Assembly: GCA_963749705.1 (NCBI GenBank)
Contig: CAVVNQ010000002.1
Location: forward strand, 169,024-233,023
DNA from: an uncultured Chloroflexia bacterium
GTDB taxonomy: Bacteria; Chloroflexota; Limnocylindria; Limnocylindrales; CSP1-4
Length of the DNA stretch: 64,000 bases
Direction: 5' to 3'
Position numbers and translations under genes: made by a program. This document shows positions 28,695-38,543 of the stretch, in pieces (position 1 is the first letter of the stretch; every line of letters starts with the position of its first letter). A model generated the notes under the pieces. That model was not told where the DNA came from, did not search any database, and saw nothing but the letters and a program-made list of their open reading frames with translations.

Positions 28695-30203
28695 GTGACC
28701 CAACCTCGCGAAGCCGGCCTCGACCCGCAGCAGGTCGACGGCCTCAACGACATGGACCCGGAGGCGTTCCGGGCCGCCGCGCATCAGGTCGTGGACCGGA
28801 TCGCCGACTATCTCCGGACGGTCGAGCAGTACCCCGTCCTGCCGCCGATCGAACCCGGGTCGATCGGGCCGCAGCTTCCCACGCGCGCGCCGGAGGACGC
28901 GGAGCCGATGGACGCGATCCTGGCCGACGTCGACCGGCTGGTGATCCCCAACGCGACGCACTGGCAGCACCCGGGCTTCTTCGCCTACTTCTCGACCAGC
29001 GCCTCGGGCCCGGGGATCCTCGGCGAGTTCCTCACGGCCGCGCTGGGCCAGAACCCGATGCTGTGGCGGACCTCGCCCATCGGCACCGAGCTCGAGGCCG
29101 TCGTGGTGTCCTGGCTCCGCGATGCGCTCGGGCTGCCGGAGGCGTTCGACGGCCTGCTGACCGATACGGCGTCGACCTCGAGCCTGATCGCGATCGCCGC
29201 GGCGCGCGAGGCGGCCGGGCTCGATGCAGCGGACGAAGGGCTGGCGTCAAGGCCGGAGCTCGGCGACCTGCGCGTGTACGCGTCGGCCGAGGCCCACAGC
29301 TCGATCGAGAAGGCGTGCATGACGCTGGGGCTCGGGCGGGCGTCGCTGGTCAGGATCCCGGTCAACGACCGCTACGAGATGGACCCGGCGGCGCTGGCGA
29401 CGGCGATCGACGCGGATCGTGCCGCCGGGCGCCGCCCGGTGGCGATCGTGGCCACGATCGGGACGACGTCCTCGACCTCGGCGGACCCGGTGGCCGCGAT
29501 CGCGGACATCGCCGGGCGCGAGGGCATCTGGCTTCACGTCGACAGCGCCTATGCGGGCGTCGTTGCGCTCCTGCCCGACCGCCGCGGCCCGTTCGCCGGT
29601 TGGGAGCGTGCCGACTCAATCGTGATCAACCCCCACAAGTGGCTGTTCACGCCGCTCGACGCCTCGCTGCTCCTGTCCCGGCGGATGGACCAGCTGCGCG
29701 CGGCGTTCAGCCTCCAGCCCGAGTACCTGCGCACGCTCGACCGGGTCAGCCCGGTCCTCGACTACACGGAGTACCAGCCACAGCTCGGGCGCCGGATGCG
29801 CGCGCTCAAGCTGTGGATCCAGCTCCGCTGGTTCGGCCTCGAGGGGCTCCGCCGGCGGATCGCCGCCCACCTGGAGCTCGCGGCCGGCTTCGCTCGATGG
29901 GTCGACGCGGACCCGGACTGGGAGCGGCTCGCCCCGGTCCCATTCTCGACCGTGTGCTTCCGGTACCGGCCGGCCGCGCTCGCCGGACACGAGGATGAGC
30001 CGGAGGTGCGCAACCGCCTCGACGACCTCAACCTGCGCCTGATGGACGCCGTCAATCGCACCGGCGAGGTGTTCCTGTCCCATACCCGGCTGCGCGACCG
30101 GTTCACCATCCGGCTCGCGGTCGGCAACCTCCGCACGCAGCCCCGCCACGTCGAGCGCGCGTGGGAGCTGCTGCGAACCGAAGCCGCCCGGCTGACGCCC
30201 TGA
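28695..30203 (+). CDS. Pyridoxal-dependent (group II) aromatic-L-amino-acid/tyrosine decarboxylase family protein
   Basis: HWQHPGFFAYFSTSASGPGILGEFL, GTTSSTSADP, DSAYAG, PLP-lysine motif NPHKWLFTPLD. Confidence 0.9.
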   Translation: MTQPREAGLDPQQVDGLNDMDPEAFRAAAHQVVDRIADYLRTVEQYPVLPPIEPGSIGPQLPTRAPEDAEPMDAILADVDRLVIPNATHWQHPGFFAYFSTSASGPGILGEFLTAALGQNPMLWRTSPIGTELEAVVVSWLRDALGLPEAFDGLLTDTASTSSLIAIAAAREAAGLDAADEGLASRPELGDLRVYASAEAHSSIEKACMTLGLGRASLVRIPVNDRYEMDPAALATAIDADRAAGRRPVAIVATIGTTSSTSADPVAAIADIAGREGIWLHVDSAYAGVVALLPDRRGPFAGWERADSIVINPHKWLFTPLDASLLLSRRMDQLRAAFSLQPEYLRTLDRVSPVLDYTEYQPQLGRRMRALKLWIQLRWFGLEGLRRRIAAHLELAAGFARWVDADPDWERLAPVPFSTVCFRYRPAALAGHEDEPEVRNRLDDLNLRLMDAVNRTGEVFLSHTRLRDRFTIRLAVGNLRTQPRHVERAWELLRTEAARLTP

Positions 30204-30238
30204 GCGCGGCCGTCCAAACCACCTGGAGGACGACAACC

Positions 30239-30598
30239 ATGGCAGATCCGATCGAGGTCCTGTACTTCTATCGCACCAAGTGGGGCGCGCACGACGAGTT
30301 CGTCGACCTGCTCCGCAGGAACCACTGGCCCATCCTCCGCGAGCAGCTCGAAGCCGGGCGGTTCACCGCGGTCGAGCTGTGGACGCCGCGGTTCCACGGG
30401 GACGGCCGCGCCGACTGGGACGTGCTGGTGTCGATCACCTACCGCGACTGGGCGGCGATGCAGGAGCACGGCGATGCCGAGATCGCACGCCGCCTGTACC
30501 CCGACCAGGCGCAGTTCAAGGCGGACGAGGCGCGCCGGTTCTCGCTGCTCGACGCGCACTGGGACGTCGTGCTCGAGACACGGCCACTCGAGCGGTAG
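30239..30598 (+). CDS. Hypothetical small protein (possibly a dimeric alpha/beta-barrel fold)
   Basis: GGAGGA RBS 9 nt upstream of the ATG. Balanced composition. No family assigned with confidence. Confidence 0.6.
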   Translation: MADPIEVLYFYRTKWGAHDEFVDLLRRNHWPILREQLEAGRFTAVELWTPRFHGDGRADWDVLVSITYRDWAAMQEHGDAEIARRLYPDQAQFKADEARRFSLLDAHWDVVLETRPLER

Positions 30599-30701
30599 GC
30601 GGCGGCTCGCTCCACCATATCGGCGCATCGGCCGCATCAGCCCGCCGGACCCGCGATAATGCGGCTCTACCCCGACCGACCAGCGGAGGCCACCCGATCC
30701 C

Positions 30702-31091
30702 GTGCCGCCCATCACCGAGCTGACGCGCATCGAGCCTGTCCACCTGTCGCGCCTCGAGAAGCAGGGCGTGTTCACCACCGGCATCCTGCTCGAGGTCTCG
30801 GAGACGCCGACGCGCCGCCAGACGCTCGCCGACCACGTCAAAGCCACGACCAACGACGTCCTGCGCTGGCGTGACGAGGCCCTGATGCTCAACCTGGCCG
30901 GGTTCTCGAGTGCCGAGCACCAGCTGTTCGTCCAGTCCGGGATCGAGGGCCTGCGCGACGTCCTCGCGCTGGACATCGACACCTTCAAGTCGCGCCTGGC
31001 GCGGGGTGCGCAGGAGCTCAACGCGGAGCCCCCGGCGGAGCTGATGATCGAGACCTGGTGGGAGCAGGCGCGGACGCTCGAGGAGGCGTGA
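30702..31091 (+). CDS. DUF4332-like helix-hairpin-helix protein
   Basis: ITELTRIEPVHLSRLEKQGVFTTGILLE ... LNLAGFSSAEHQLFVQSGIEGLRDVL: duplicated HhH-like pattern. Assigned from memory of the family. Confidence 0.5.
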   Translation: MPPITELTRIEPVHLSRLEKQGVFTTGILLEVSETPTRRQTLADHVKATTNDVLRWRDEALMLNLAGFSSAEHQLFVQSGIEGLRDVLALDIDTFKSRLARGAQELNAEPPAELMIETWWEQARTLEEA

Positions 31092-31152
31092 GCCCCGGAC
31101 CGGGTCAGCGATATCGGGGTGGCGCGCACGCACCCGGTACCATCGGCGCCTG

Positions 31153-31857
31153 ATGGACGCCCTGCGCGGCACGCTTGCAGCCCTGGTCATCGCGGTCGCG
31201 ACGACCCTCGTCGTGATCGCCGTCGCCATCCTCCCGTTCCTCACCCCGGCGTGGGTGGGGTTCGAGCAGGGCCGCGCCGGGGCCGAGGCGCTGACCGGAT
31301 ACCCGCCGGCGGAGCTGCACTCGGCCACCGACGCGATCCTGTCCGACCTCGTCCTCGGTCCGCCGCGGTTCGACGTCGAGGTGGCGGGCACGCCGGTCCT
31401 GACCGATCGGGAGCGCGGCCACATGCGTGACGTGCGCAGCGTGTTCATGGCCTTCTACCTGGCCGCCGCGATCGCCGCGCTCGTGCTGGTCGCGGCGTTC
31501 GTCCTCCTGCGTGGGCGCTCGCGGGCGGTGCTGTGGCATCGGATCAGCCGGGCCGGCGTCGCGATCGCCGTCGTGACCGTCGTCGGCGGCATTGCCGCCC
31601 TCGCAGCATTCGACGCGGCGTTCCAGCTGTTCCACGAGCTGTTCTTCCCGCAGGGCAACTTCCTGTTCGACCCGCGTACGGACCGGCTCGTCCAGCTGTT
31701 CCCGGATGCGTTCTGGGTCGACACGACCGCGGCGGTCGGGGTCGTGATCGTCGTGATCGCCCTGGCACTGGCCTGGATCGGCCGCCGGCGGGCGCAGGCG
31801 ATCGACGCCCTGGAGTACGGCACCCCCGCGACGCTGAACACGGTTCCCATCCGATGA
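31153..31857 (+). CDS. Integral membrane protein, TIGR01906/DUF1461 family
   Basis: Four TM segments and the characteristic FHELFFPQGNFLFDPRTDRLVQLFPDAFW segment. Confidence 0.7.
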   Translation: MDALRGTLAALVIAVATTLVVIAVAILPFLTPAWVGFEQGRAGAEALTGYPPAELHSATDAILSDLVLGPPRFDVEVAGTPVLTDRERGHMRDVRSVFMAFYLAAAIAALVLVAAFVLLRGRSRAVLWHRISRAGVAIAVVTVVGGIAALAAFDAAFQLFHELFFPQGNFLFDPRTDRLVQLFPDAFWVDTTAAVGVVIVVIALALAWIGRRRAQAIDALEYGTPATLNTVPIR

Positions 31858-32993
31858 CACCCGACGGGATCCCGATCGGGCGGCTGTTCGGGATCGAGAT
31901 CCGAATCTCGCTGCTGTGGTCAGTGCTGATCGCGATCATCACCCTGCTCGGGGCGGAGCAGGCGACCGTTGCCGCACCCGGCCTGCCGTTCGCGCTCCAG
32001 TGGGTGGTCGGTGGCACGATCGCCGCGGCCTTCCTGGCATCGGTGGCGGCCCACGAGCTCGCCCACGCGCTGGTCGCGCGCCGTCGGGGCGTTCGGGTCA
32101 CGGTCGTCGTGCTGGGGCTCATGGGCGGGATCGCGCCGCTCGGGATCCAGGCCAGGCGACCATCCGACGAGCTCGCGATCGCGCTGGCCGGGCCCGCCGT
32201 GTCCTTCCTGCTGGGGGCCATCCTCGTCCCGGTGGGCGCCGTCGTCGCCACCGCCGATCCCGCCTGGGGTGCCGTCGCCGGCGCGCTCCTGATCACCGGC
32301 GCGCTCAACTTCGTGCTGGGCGTCATGAGCGTCCTCCCCGGGCTGCCGCTGGACGGCGGGCGGGCGATCCGGGCCATCGCGTGGGCCCGGACGGGGGACA
32401 CGGACCGGGCGACCGCGCTGACCGCGCGCATCGGCCGGATGCTCGGCCTGGCGACGATCGGGATCGGGGCGGCCGTGGTGCTCATGGACCAGACCATCGA
32501 GGGCCTGGTGGTGCTGTCGTTCGGCTGGTTCCTGTCCACCGGGGCGCGAACGCTGGATCGCCGGCTCGCGATGGAGCGGCTGCTCCGCGGCGTTCCCGTG
32601 CGCGACGCGATGGAGCGCGACGTGTCGTGGGTGGGACCGCACCTGACCATCGACACGTTCGCCAGCCGGTACGAGGGCGAGGACGGCGTCCGGGCGCTGG
32701 CCGTGGTGGACGATGAGCACGTCGTGGGGGTCCTCGGGGTCCAGCGCCTCAAGCGACTCGGTCGCCGCCGGTTTGCCGAGACCCGGGTCGCGGACGTCAT
32801 GGCCACGCCGCCGCAGGCGCCGGTGCTGGGACCCGATGACGACGTCTGGGATGCGCTCGATGCGATCAACCAGGCGGGGATCGACGGGCTCGCCGTGGCC
32901 GAGGACGGCCGGCTCGCCGGGATGCTGACGCGACGCAGCCTGGCAACGGCCGTCCATGACCGTCTCGCGGCGCGTGCGGGGACCACCGGGTGA
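31854..32993 (+). CDS. Site-2 protease family (peptidase M50) with a tandem CBS-domain C-terminus
   Basis: GIEIRISLLW, HELAHALVARRRG (HExxH), LPGLPLDGG, then two CBS-like repeats (VRDAMERDV..., VADVMATPP...LAVAEDGRLAGMLTRRSL). ATGA overlap with the upstream gene. Confidence 0.88.
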   Translation: MTPDGIPIGRLFGIEIRISLLWSVLIAIITLLGAEQATVAAPGLPFALQWVVGGTIAAAFLASVAAHELAHALVARRRGVRVTVVVLGLMGGIAPLGIQARRPSDELAIALAGPAVSFLLGAILVPVGAVVATADPAWGAVAGALLITGALNFVLGVMSVLPGLPLDGGRAIRAIAWARTGDTDRATALTARIGRMLGLATIGIGAAVVLMDQTIEGLVVLSFGWFLSTGARTLDRRLAMERLLRGVPVRDAMERDVSWVGPHLTIDTFASRYEGEDGVRALAVVDDEHVVGVLGVQRLKRLGRRRFAETRVADVMATPPQAPVLGPDDDVWDALDAINQAGIDGLAVAEDGRLAGMLTRRSLATAVHDRLAARAGTTG

Positions 32994-34312
32994 GCAAGGA
33001 CCTGCTGAGCGTCGAGGCGGCACAGGCCACCGTCCTCGCGGGGGTCGCGCCGCTGGCGGATGTGGAGCGCCTCGAGCCCGAGCGCGCGCTGGGCCGGGTC
33101 CTGGCCGAGGCGGTGAATGCCGCGACCTCGCTGCCGCCGTGGGACAACTCGGCGATGGACGGGTACGCGATCCGGTCCGCCGACGTCGCGCACGCGAGCG
33201 ACGGGCGGCCGGCGCGACTCACCGTCGTGGGCGAGGTCCGGGCGGGCGTCGCACCGGATGTCGAGGTCATCGACGGCGCGGCCGTGCGCATCGCCACCGG
33301 CGCACCGCTCCCGCGCGGTGCCGACGCGGTCGTGCCGGTCGAGCTGACGACGCCCCTCGACGCCGACGGCAACCTGGGCCCGCGTGGCCGCGAGGCGACC
33401 GGCCCCGTGCCCGCCGCGTGCCTGGTGCACGCCGCGGTGGAGCGCGGACATGCCATCCGGCGCGCGGGCTCCGATGTCACGGCCGGCGCCGAGCTCGCCG
33501 GGGCGGGCAGCCTGGTGACACCGGCCGTGGTCGCGCTGGCGGCGGGTGCCGGGGTGGGGGAGGTCGTCGTCAGGCGCCGGCCCCGCGTCGCGGTGCTGGC
33601 CACGGGCGACGAGGTGCGCCGGCCGGGCACGGACCTCGGGCGGGCGGGGATCCCGGACGCCAACGGCCCCGGGCTGCGCGCGCTCGTCCGCGACGCGGGT
33701 GCGGACGCGATCGACCTGGGGATCGCCGAGGACCGGCTCGAGGACGTCGAGACGAGGATCCGTCGAGGACTGGCCGAGGCCGATCTCGTGGTCGTGGCGG
33801 GTGGCGTCTCGGTGGGCCCGTACGACGTCGTCCGGATGGCGTTCGACGCCGTGGGACACATGGACCTGTGGCGCGTCGCCGTCCAGCCCGGCAAGCCGTT
33901 CGCGTTCGGTCGCGCGGACGCCGACGGCGCCGAGCCCCCGGTCCTGCTGTTCGGGCTGCCGGGCAACCCGGTGTCCGCGTTCGTCACCTTCGAGCTGTTC
34001 GTCCGCCCGGTGCTGCGGCGCCTCGCCGGGCACGCGCGGCTCCATCGGCCGGTGGACCGGGCGGTGCTCGAGGATCGCGTCACCAAGAGCGTCGGCCGGC
34101 GCGGCTACCAGCGGGTGACGGCGCGTCGGGCGGCCGACGGATCGCCGCTGCGCGACGGCAAGGGCCGGGTCCGGGTGCGTCTCGCGGGCGGCCAGGGGAG
34201 TCACGTCATGTCGGCGCTGGCCGCGGCCGACGCGCTGGCCGTCGTCCCGGAGCCGCTGGAGCGGATCGAGGCGGGCACCGAGGTGGAGCTGCGCTGGCTG
34301 GATCGCGGATAG
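32990..34312 (+). CDS. moeA: Molybdopterin molybdenumtransferase
   Basis: PPWDNSAMDGYAIRSAD, VLATGDEV, GGVSVGPYD, GLPGNPVSAF. GTGA overlap with the upstream gene. Confidence 0.92.
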   Translation: MSKDLLSVEAAQATVLAGVAPLADVERLEPERALGRVLAEAVNAATSLPPWDNSAMDGYAIRSADVAHASDGRPARLTVVGEVRAGVAPDVEVIDGAAVRIATGAPLPRGADAVVPVELTTPLDADGNLGPRGREATGPVPAACLVHAAVERGHAIRRAGSDVTAGAELAGAGSLVTPAVVALAAGAGVGEVVVRRRPRVAVLATGDEVRRPGTDLGRAGIPDANGPGLRALVRDAGADAIDLGIAEDRLEDVETRIRRGLAEADLVVVAGGVSVGPYDVVRMAFDAVGHMDLWRVAVQPGKPFAFGRADADGAEPPVLLFGLPGNPVSAFVTFELFVRPVLRRLAGHARLHRPVDRAVLEDRVTKSVGRRGYQRVTARRAADGSPLRDGKGRVRVRLAGGQGSHVMSALAAADALAVVPEPLERIEAGTEVELRWLDRG

Positions 34313-34419
34313 CGGGCAGCCGACCGACGGGGGACCGACGGCGATCGGGCGACCACGCGGATCTCGCGGCTGACGCCGGCCGCCGGACCCCGCTACGATC
34401 GGGTTGAGCAGGAGGACCC

Positions 34420-35010
34420 ATGGACCGGAGCGACGCCCCGCGCGCGGAACGCCGCCGCCTCACCCACGTCGACCGGCGCGGACGACCCCGGATGGTCGAC
34501 GTCGGCGCAAAGCCCGTCACCGCCCGACGCGCGGTGGCCGAGGCGGAGGTCGCCGTCTCGCCCGAGACCATGAGCCTGGTGATCGACGGCGGCGGCTCCA
34601 AGGGCGACGTCCTGACCGTCGCCGAGGTTGCCGGCGTGATGGGCGGCAAGCGGACGGCCGAGCTGATCCCGCTGTGCCATCCGATCCCGCTCACGGACCT
34701 GGTCGTCTCGGTCACCCCGGACCGCGCAGCCGGCGTGCTGCGGGTTCGGGCCGAGGCCGCCACGACGGCCCAGACGGGCGTCGAGATGGAGGCGTTGACG
34801 GCGGCGTCAGTGGCCGCGCTGACGGTGTATGACATGGTCAAGGGGGTCGAGCGCGGGGTGGAGATCCGCGGCCTGCGGCTGCTGTCGAAGACGGGCGGCA
34901 AGAGCGGTGACTGGCATCGGCCGGCCGCCGAGGTCGAGCCGGGACCGCCTCGCCGGCGGCCCGGTGACCGCATCGCGGGCCGGGTCGGCAAGCGCAAGGG
35001 CGCCGGGTGA
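34420..35010 (+). CDS. moaC: Cyclic pyranopterin monophosphate synthase
   Basis: LTHVDRRGRPRMVDVGAKPVT, TAELIPLCHPIPL, TGVEMEALTAASVAALTVYDMVK. Confidence 0.93.
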   Translation: MDRSDAPRAERRRLTHVDRRGRPRMVDVGAKPVTARRAVAEAEVAVSPETMSLVIDGGGSKGDVLTVAEVAGVMGGKRTAELIPLCHPIPLTDLVVSVTPDRAAGVLRVRAEAATTAQTGVEMEALTAASVAALTVYDMVKGVERGVEIRGLRLLSKTGGKSGDWHRPAAEVEPGPPRRRPGDRIAGRVGKRKGAG

Positions 35011-35017
35011 TCGCCAG

Positions 35018-35560
35018 GTGCCCGCGACCGTGACGCGCTCGGCGCTGGTGATCACCGCGAGCGACCGGAGCGCGGCCGGGAGGCGCCCGGACACGTCCGG
35101 TGCCGGGGTCGGGACGCGCCTCGAGGCGCTCGGGTTCGTGGTCGAACGACGGGTCGTGCCCGACGACCGCGCGGCGCTCGAGGCGGCGCTCGTCGCCGGG
35201 GCCGCGGATCACGCGCTGGTCATCACCACGGGTGGCACGGGCCTCACGCCGCGCGACGTCACCCCGCAGGCGACCCTGGCCATCCTCGACTACGAGATCC
35301 CCGGCATCGCCGAGGCGATGCGCGCCGAGGGGCGTCGCTCGACCCCGTTCGCCGCCCTCTCTCGGGGCGTCGTGGGCGTCCGGGGCCGGACGCTCATCGT
35401 GAACCTGCCCGGATCGCCCAAGGGTGCGCTCGAGTCGCTCGAGGTCCTGCTCGGCGTCGTCGATCATGCGCTCGAGACCCTCGCCGGGCCGTTCGACCAC
35501 GCCGCTGCCCGGTCCGCCGGTCGCGAAGACCTGCCGCCCGGCCTGCCCGAGGACCGCTGA
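35018..35560 (+). CDS. moaB: Molybdenum cofactor biosynthesis protein MoaB/MogA family
   Basis: [49 protein letters not shown] start at 35018. Confidence 0.88.
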   Translation: MPATVTRSALVITASDRSAAGRRPDTSGAGVGTRLEALGFVVERRVVPDDRAALEAALVAGAADHALVITTGGTGLTPRDVTPQATLAILDYEIPGIAEAMRAEGRRSTPFAALSRGVVGVRGRTLIVNLPGSPKGALESLEVLLGVVDHALETLAGPFDHAAARSAGREDLPPGLPEDR

Positions 35561-35562
35561 CG

Positions 35563-37695
35563 ATGTTCGAGCCGTTCGCCGACGTTCCCGCCTATCCGCT
35601 CGTGTTCCCGGTGTTCTGGGGCGCGGTCGCCTTCTTTGCCCTCGTCATGGCCCGCCACCTGCGCGTGTTCGCCGCGGCCCGCCCAGCCTCGCCCACGGAC
35701 CGGGTGGCGGCCCGCCTGTGGGGAACGATCCGGTTCGGCTTTGCGCAGTCACGCATGTTCCGCGACGCGCGCGCCGGGTTGATGCACTTCTCGATCTTCT
35801 GGGGCTTCATCCTGCTCACCATCGGCACCGCCAACATCGTGACCGGCGGGATCATCCAGGCGATCGTCGAGGCGCCCTTCGACGGCGTCCTGTGGGCGGC
35901 CGTCAACGCGATGCAGAACGTGGTCGCGGTGATCGTGATCGTGGCGATCGGCTATGCCTACTGGCGGCGGCTGGTGATCAAGCCCGCGCGCCTGTCGCTC
36001 AACCGCGACGCGCTCCTGATCCTGGCCATGATCGGCGGGCTGGTCGCAGCCGAGCTGCTGGGCCAGGTGTTCCAGGTGGCCGCGCACGGCGAGGAGCCCG
36101 GCGCGTTCATCGCGAATGTGCTCGGGGGTGCCGTCAGCGGGTTCGACCCCGCGCTGACCAACGCCGCGTTCGGAGTCCTGTGGTGGGTGCACATCGGGCT
36201 GGTCGCTGCGTTCCTCGTGTACCTGCCGTTCTCCAAGCACCTCCACGTCGCCACGGCGATCCCCAACATCCTGCTGCGCAAGCTCGCGCCGCGCGGGCAG
36301 CTGCCGGCGATGGACCTCGAGGCCGAGGACGCGGTGTTCGGGCTGCGCACGGTGGCCGACCTGTCGTGGAAGGACCTGCTCGACGGGTTCACGTGCACCG
36401 AGTGCGGTCGCTGCCAGCAGGCATGTCCGGCGTATGCCACGGGCAAGCCGCTCAACCCCAAGAGCCTGATCATGGGCATCCGCCACGAGGCCGTGGCCGC
36501 CGAGGCGGGGCTGCCGCTCATCCCCAACTCGCCGGCGGTCCGGACGGCCTTCGGGCTCGATGATTCGATCCGGCCGGAGGCGCTCGCACGGCCGCTGGTC
36601 GACGCGGCGATCCCGTACGACGCCGTCTGGGACTGCCTGACCTGCGGGGCGTGCGTCGAGGCGTGCCCGGTGACGATCGAGCATGTCGACAAGATCGTGG
36701 GCATCCGCCGCAACCTCGTGCTCGAGGACAGCCGGTTCCCGCAGGAGCTGACCGCGGCGTTCAAGGGCATGGAGAGCGTCGGCAACCCCTGGGGCCAGCC
36801 GCCCTCGTCACGCCTCAACTGGGCGAAGCCGCTCCCGTTCGAGGTCCGGACGGCAGCGCAGGTCGCGGCGGCCGGTGAGCTCGACGGCCTCGAGGTCCTG
36901 TACTGGGTGGGCTGTGCGGCCGCCTTCGATGATCGGAACCAGCGGGTCGCGCGTGCCGTGGCAACCTGCCTCGACGCCGCAGGCGTCTCGTTCGCCGTGC
37001 TCGGCCAGGAGGAGGCGTGCACCGGCGATCCCGCACGGCGGATGGGCAACGAGTACGTGTTCCAGATCCTCGCCGGCCAGAACATCGAGACGCTCAACCG
37101 GTACCGCGCCGGCGAGCGGACGATCGTTACGGCATGCCCGCATTGCTTCAACACCATCGGTAACGAATACGGCCAGCTCGGTGGCTCCTTCGCGATCCGG
37201 CACCACAGCGAGTACCTGTCGTCGCTGGTGAGCTCCGGGCGTCTCCGGCTCGGGGCCGACGGGCTGCCGGCGCGATCCGTGACCTATCACGACTCGTGCT
37301 ACCTCGCCCGCTACAACGGCGTCATCGCCCCGCCGCGCGAGGTGCTGGGTGCGATCCCGGGCGTCGAGCTGCGAGAGATGGACAACCACGGCCGCCAGAC
37401 GTTCTGCTGCGGCGCCGGCGGTGGCCGGATGTGGATGGAGGAGACGCGGGGGACGCGGGTGAACGCCGAGCGGACGAGCCAGGCGCTGGCCACGGGTGCT
37501 GAGACGGTCGCGACCGCGTGCCCGTTCTGCATGACCATGCTCCGCGACGGCCTGACCGATGCCGGTCGGGGTGCCCAGGACGCCGATCCGGTGCTCGCGC
37601 AGGACATCAGCGAGCTGCTCGCCGAGGCGATCGCCCCGGCGACCGTGTTCGCCGGCCGCGAGATCCCCGAGGGTCGCCGGCTGCCCGTCGTCTGA
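35563..37695 (+). CDS. Membrane-bound (Fe-S) oxidoreductase, HdrD/GlpC-like with an N-terminal polytopic membrane domain; EtfD-type candidate
   Basis: About 5-6 N-terminal TM helices; two ferredoxin motifs [12 protein letters not shown] and [12 protein letters not shown]; two Cys-rich CCG-type domains (YWVGCAA..., FCCGAGGG). Neighbours are an acyl-CoA dehydrogenase and etfBA. Confidence 0.85.
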   Translation: MFEPFADVPAYPLVFPVFWGAVAFFALVMARHLRVFAAARPASPTDRVAARLWGTIRFGFAQSRMFRDARAGLMHFSIFWGFILLTIGTANIVTGGIIQAIVEAPFDGVLWAAVNAMQNVVAVIVIVAIGYAYWRRLVIKPARLSLNRDALLILAMIGGLVAAELLGQVFQVAAHGEEPGAFIANVLGGAVSGFDPALTNAAFGVLWWVHIGLVAAFLVYLPFSKHLHVATAIPNILLRKLAPRGQLPAMDLEAEDAVFGLRTVADLSWKDLLDGFTCTECGRCQQACPAYATGKPLNPKSLIMGIRHEAVAAEAGLPLIPNSPAVRTAFGLDDSIRPEALARPLVDAAIPYDAVWDCLTCGACVEACPVTIEHVDKIVGIRRNLVLEDSRFPQELTAAFKGMESVGNPWGQPPSSRLNWAKPLPFEVRTAAQVAAAGELDGLEVLYWVGCAAAFDDRNQRVARAVATCLDAAGVSFAVLGQEEACTGDPARRMGNEYVFQILAGQNIETLNRYRAGERTIVTACPHCFNTIGNEYGQLGGSFAIRHHSEYLSSLVSSGRLRLGADGLPARSVTYHDSCYLARYNGVIAPPREVLGAIPGVELREMDNHGRQTFCCGAGGGRMWMEETRGTRVNAERTSQALATGAETVATACPFCMTMLRDGLTDAGRGAQDADPVLAQDISELLAEAIAPATVFAGREIPEGRRLPVV

Positions 37696-37720
37696 CCGTG
37701 GTTCGGGGCGGCGCGATGCG

Positions 37721-37816
37721 CCGCGCGGTTTGCGCCCGCCGGCCCCGCGCGGTTTGCGCCCGCCGGCCCCGCGCGGTTTGCCCCCGCCGGCCCCGCGCGC
37801 CCCACGCGGTTCCCCC
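37721..37816. repeat. 24-bp tandem repeat, 3 near-identical copies plus a degenerate 4th
   Basis: ccgcgcggtttgcgcccgccggcc at 37721-37744 and 37745-37768 (identical), 37769-37792 (1 mismatch), then a decayed copy. Starts 26 nt after the Fe-S oxidoreductase stop. Confidence 0.9.
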
Positions 37817-38176
37817 ACCCGTCTTCCTGACGGATGCTCGCGAGGCGGTCGTAACGACCACCGAAACGGCCGGCGGTCGTGCGCGCGTGCGGCAACGGCC
37901 CCCGATCCAGCCGAATTGCCTGACATCGGTCCGTTGGGCGAGCGTTGGCCAGATTCCCGTCGGCTAATGCTCGCTACCCGGACATCTGGCGTAGGGGCGG
38001 CGCCAACGGGGGATGGCCGCAGCACGAGCAGCACCCGGCGCAGCCGGGACGCGTCAGTGCGCTTGTCGTGGTGACCTCCCAACGGTCATCCGTCAGGGAG
38101 CTCGAGATCGGGGAGTTCGAAAGGCCCCGCGCGCGGGCACGGCAACACTCGCGCCTCGCTCGGATTGCGCCCCGGC

Positions 38177-38401
38177 TCAGCCTTTGAGGGCAGACCCGCA
38201 CGAGATGCAGGTCCGGTCGGTCCAGAGATTGCCCATCCCGCACCTGGGGCAGACCTTCATGCCCTCGGTGGAGGTCGCGTAGGGTGAATCGACCGGCGTC
38301 GTCTCCCTGTCGTCTCGGCGCATCCGGTCCCGGATGATCAGTACCGCGCCGATCGCGACGATCGCAGCGACGGCGAGGATCAGGAGGTACGTCTGGTCCA
38401 C
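38177..38401 (-). CDS. Small TM-anchored zinc-ribbon protein
   Basis: C-terminal CPRCG...CISCG zinc ribbon after a TM helix YLLILAVAAIVAIGAVLII. Only the 3' part of ORF 38177..39058 is credible, because the rest is antisense to the acyl-CoA dehydrogenase. Start is GTG 38401 or ATG 38464. Confidence 0.5.
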   Translation of the reverse strand: MDQTYLLILAVAAIVAIGAVLIIRDRMRRDDRETTPVDSPYATSTEGMKVCPRCGMGNLWTDRTCISCGSALKG

Positions 38402-38543
38402 GGCGACTCCCCGCGCGCAACCCCCCGGCGCGATTCCCGAACCCCCGCGGTCGGTGACGATCATGCCCGGCGCAGCCGCAGCGTAGCCGGGACGCGCCAC
38501 GATGTCATCCCTGACGATCAGGTCACGCCGTCGCGCTGCTAGG

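Noticed and set aside
31544-34204. 886-aa minus-strand ORF
   Set aside because: It is antisense to the M50-CBS and moeA genes. Same high-GC artefact reasoning.
34313-34419. Moco riboswitch upstream of moaC
   Set aside because: The gap is only about 107 nt and contains an RBS (gcaggagga). I could not recognise the conserved Moco-motif stems. It is too short for the known element.
37721-37816. Possible CRISPR array
   Set aside because: The 24-bp units are directly contiguous with no spacers. There are only about 3.5 copies, and no cas genes or leader.
37311-37895. 194-aa minus-strand ORF with GPAGANRA x3 repeats
   Set aside because: The repeats are simply the translation of the 24-bp tandem array. 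The ORF's remainder is antisense to the 3' end of the Fe-S oxidoreductase gene.
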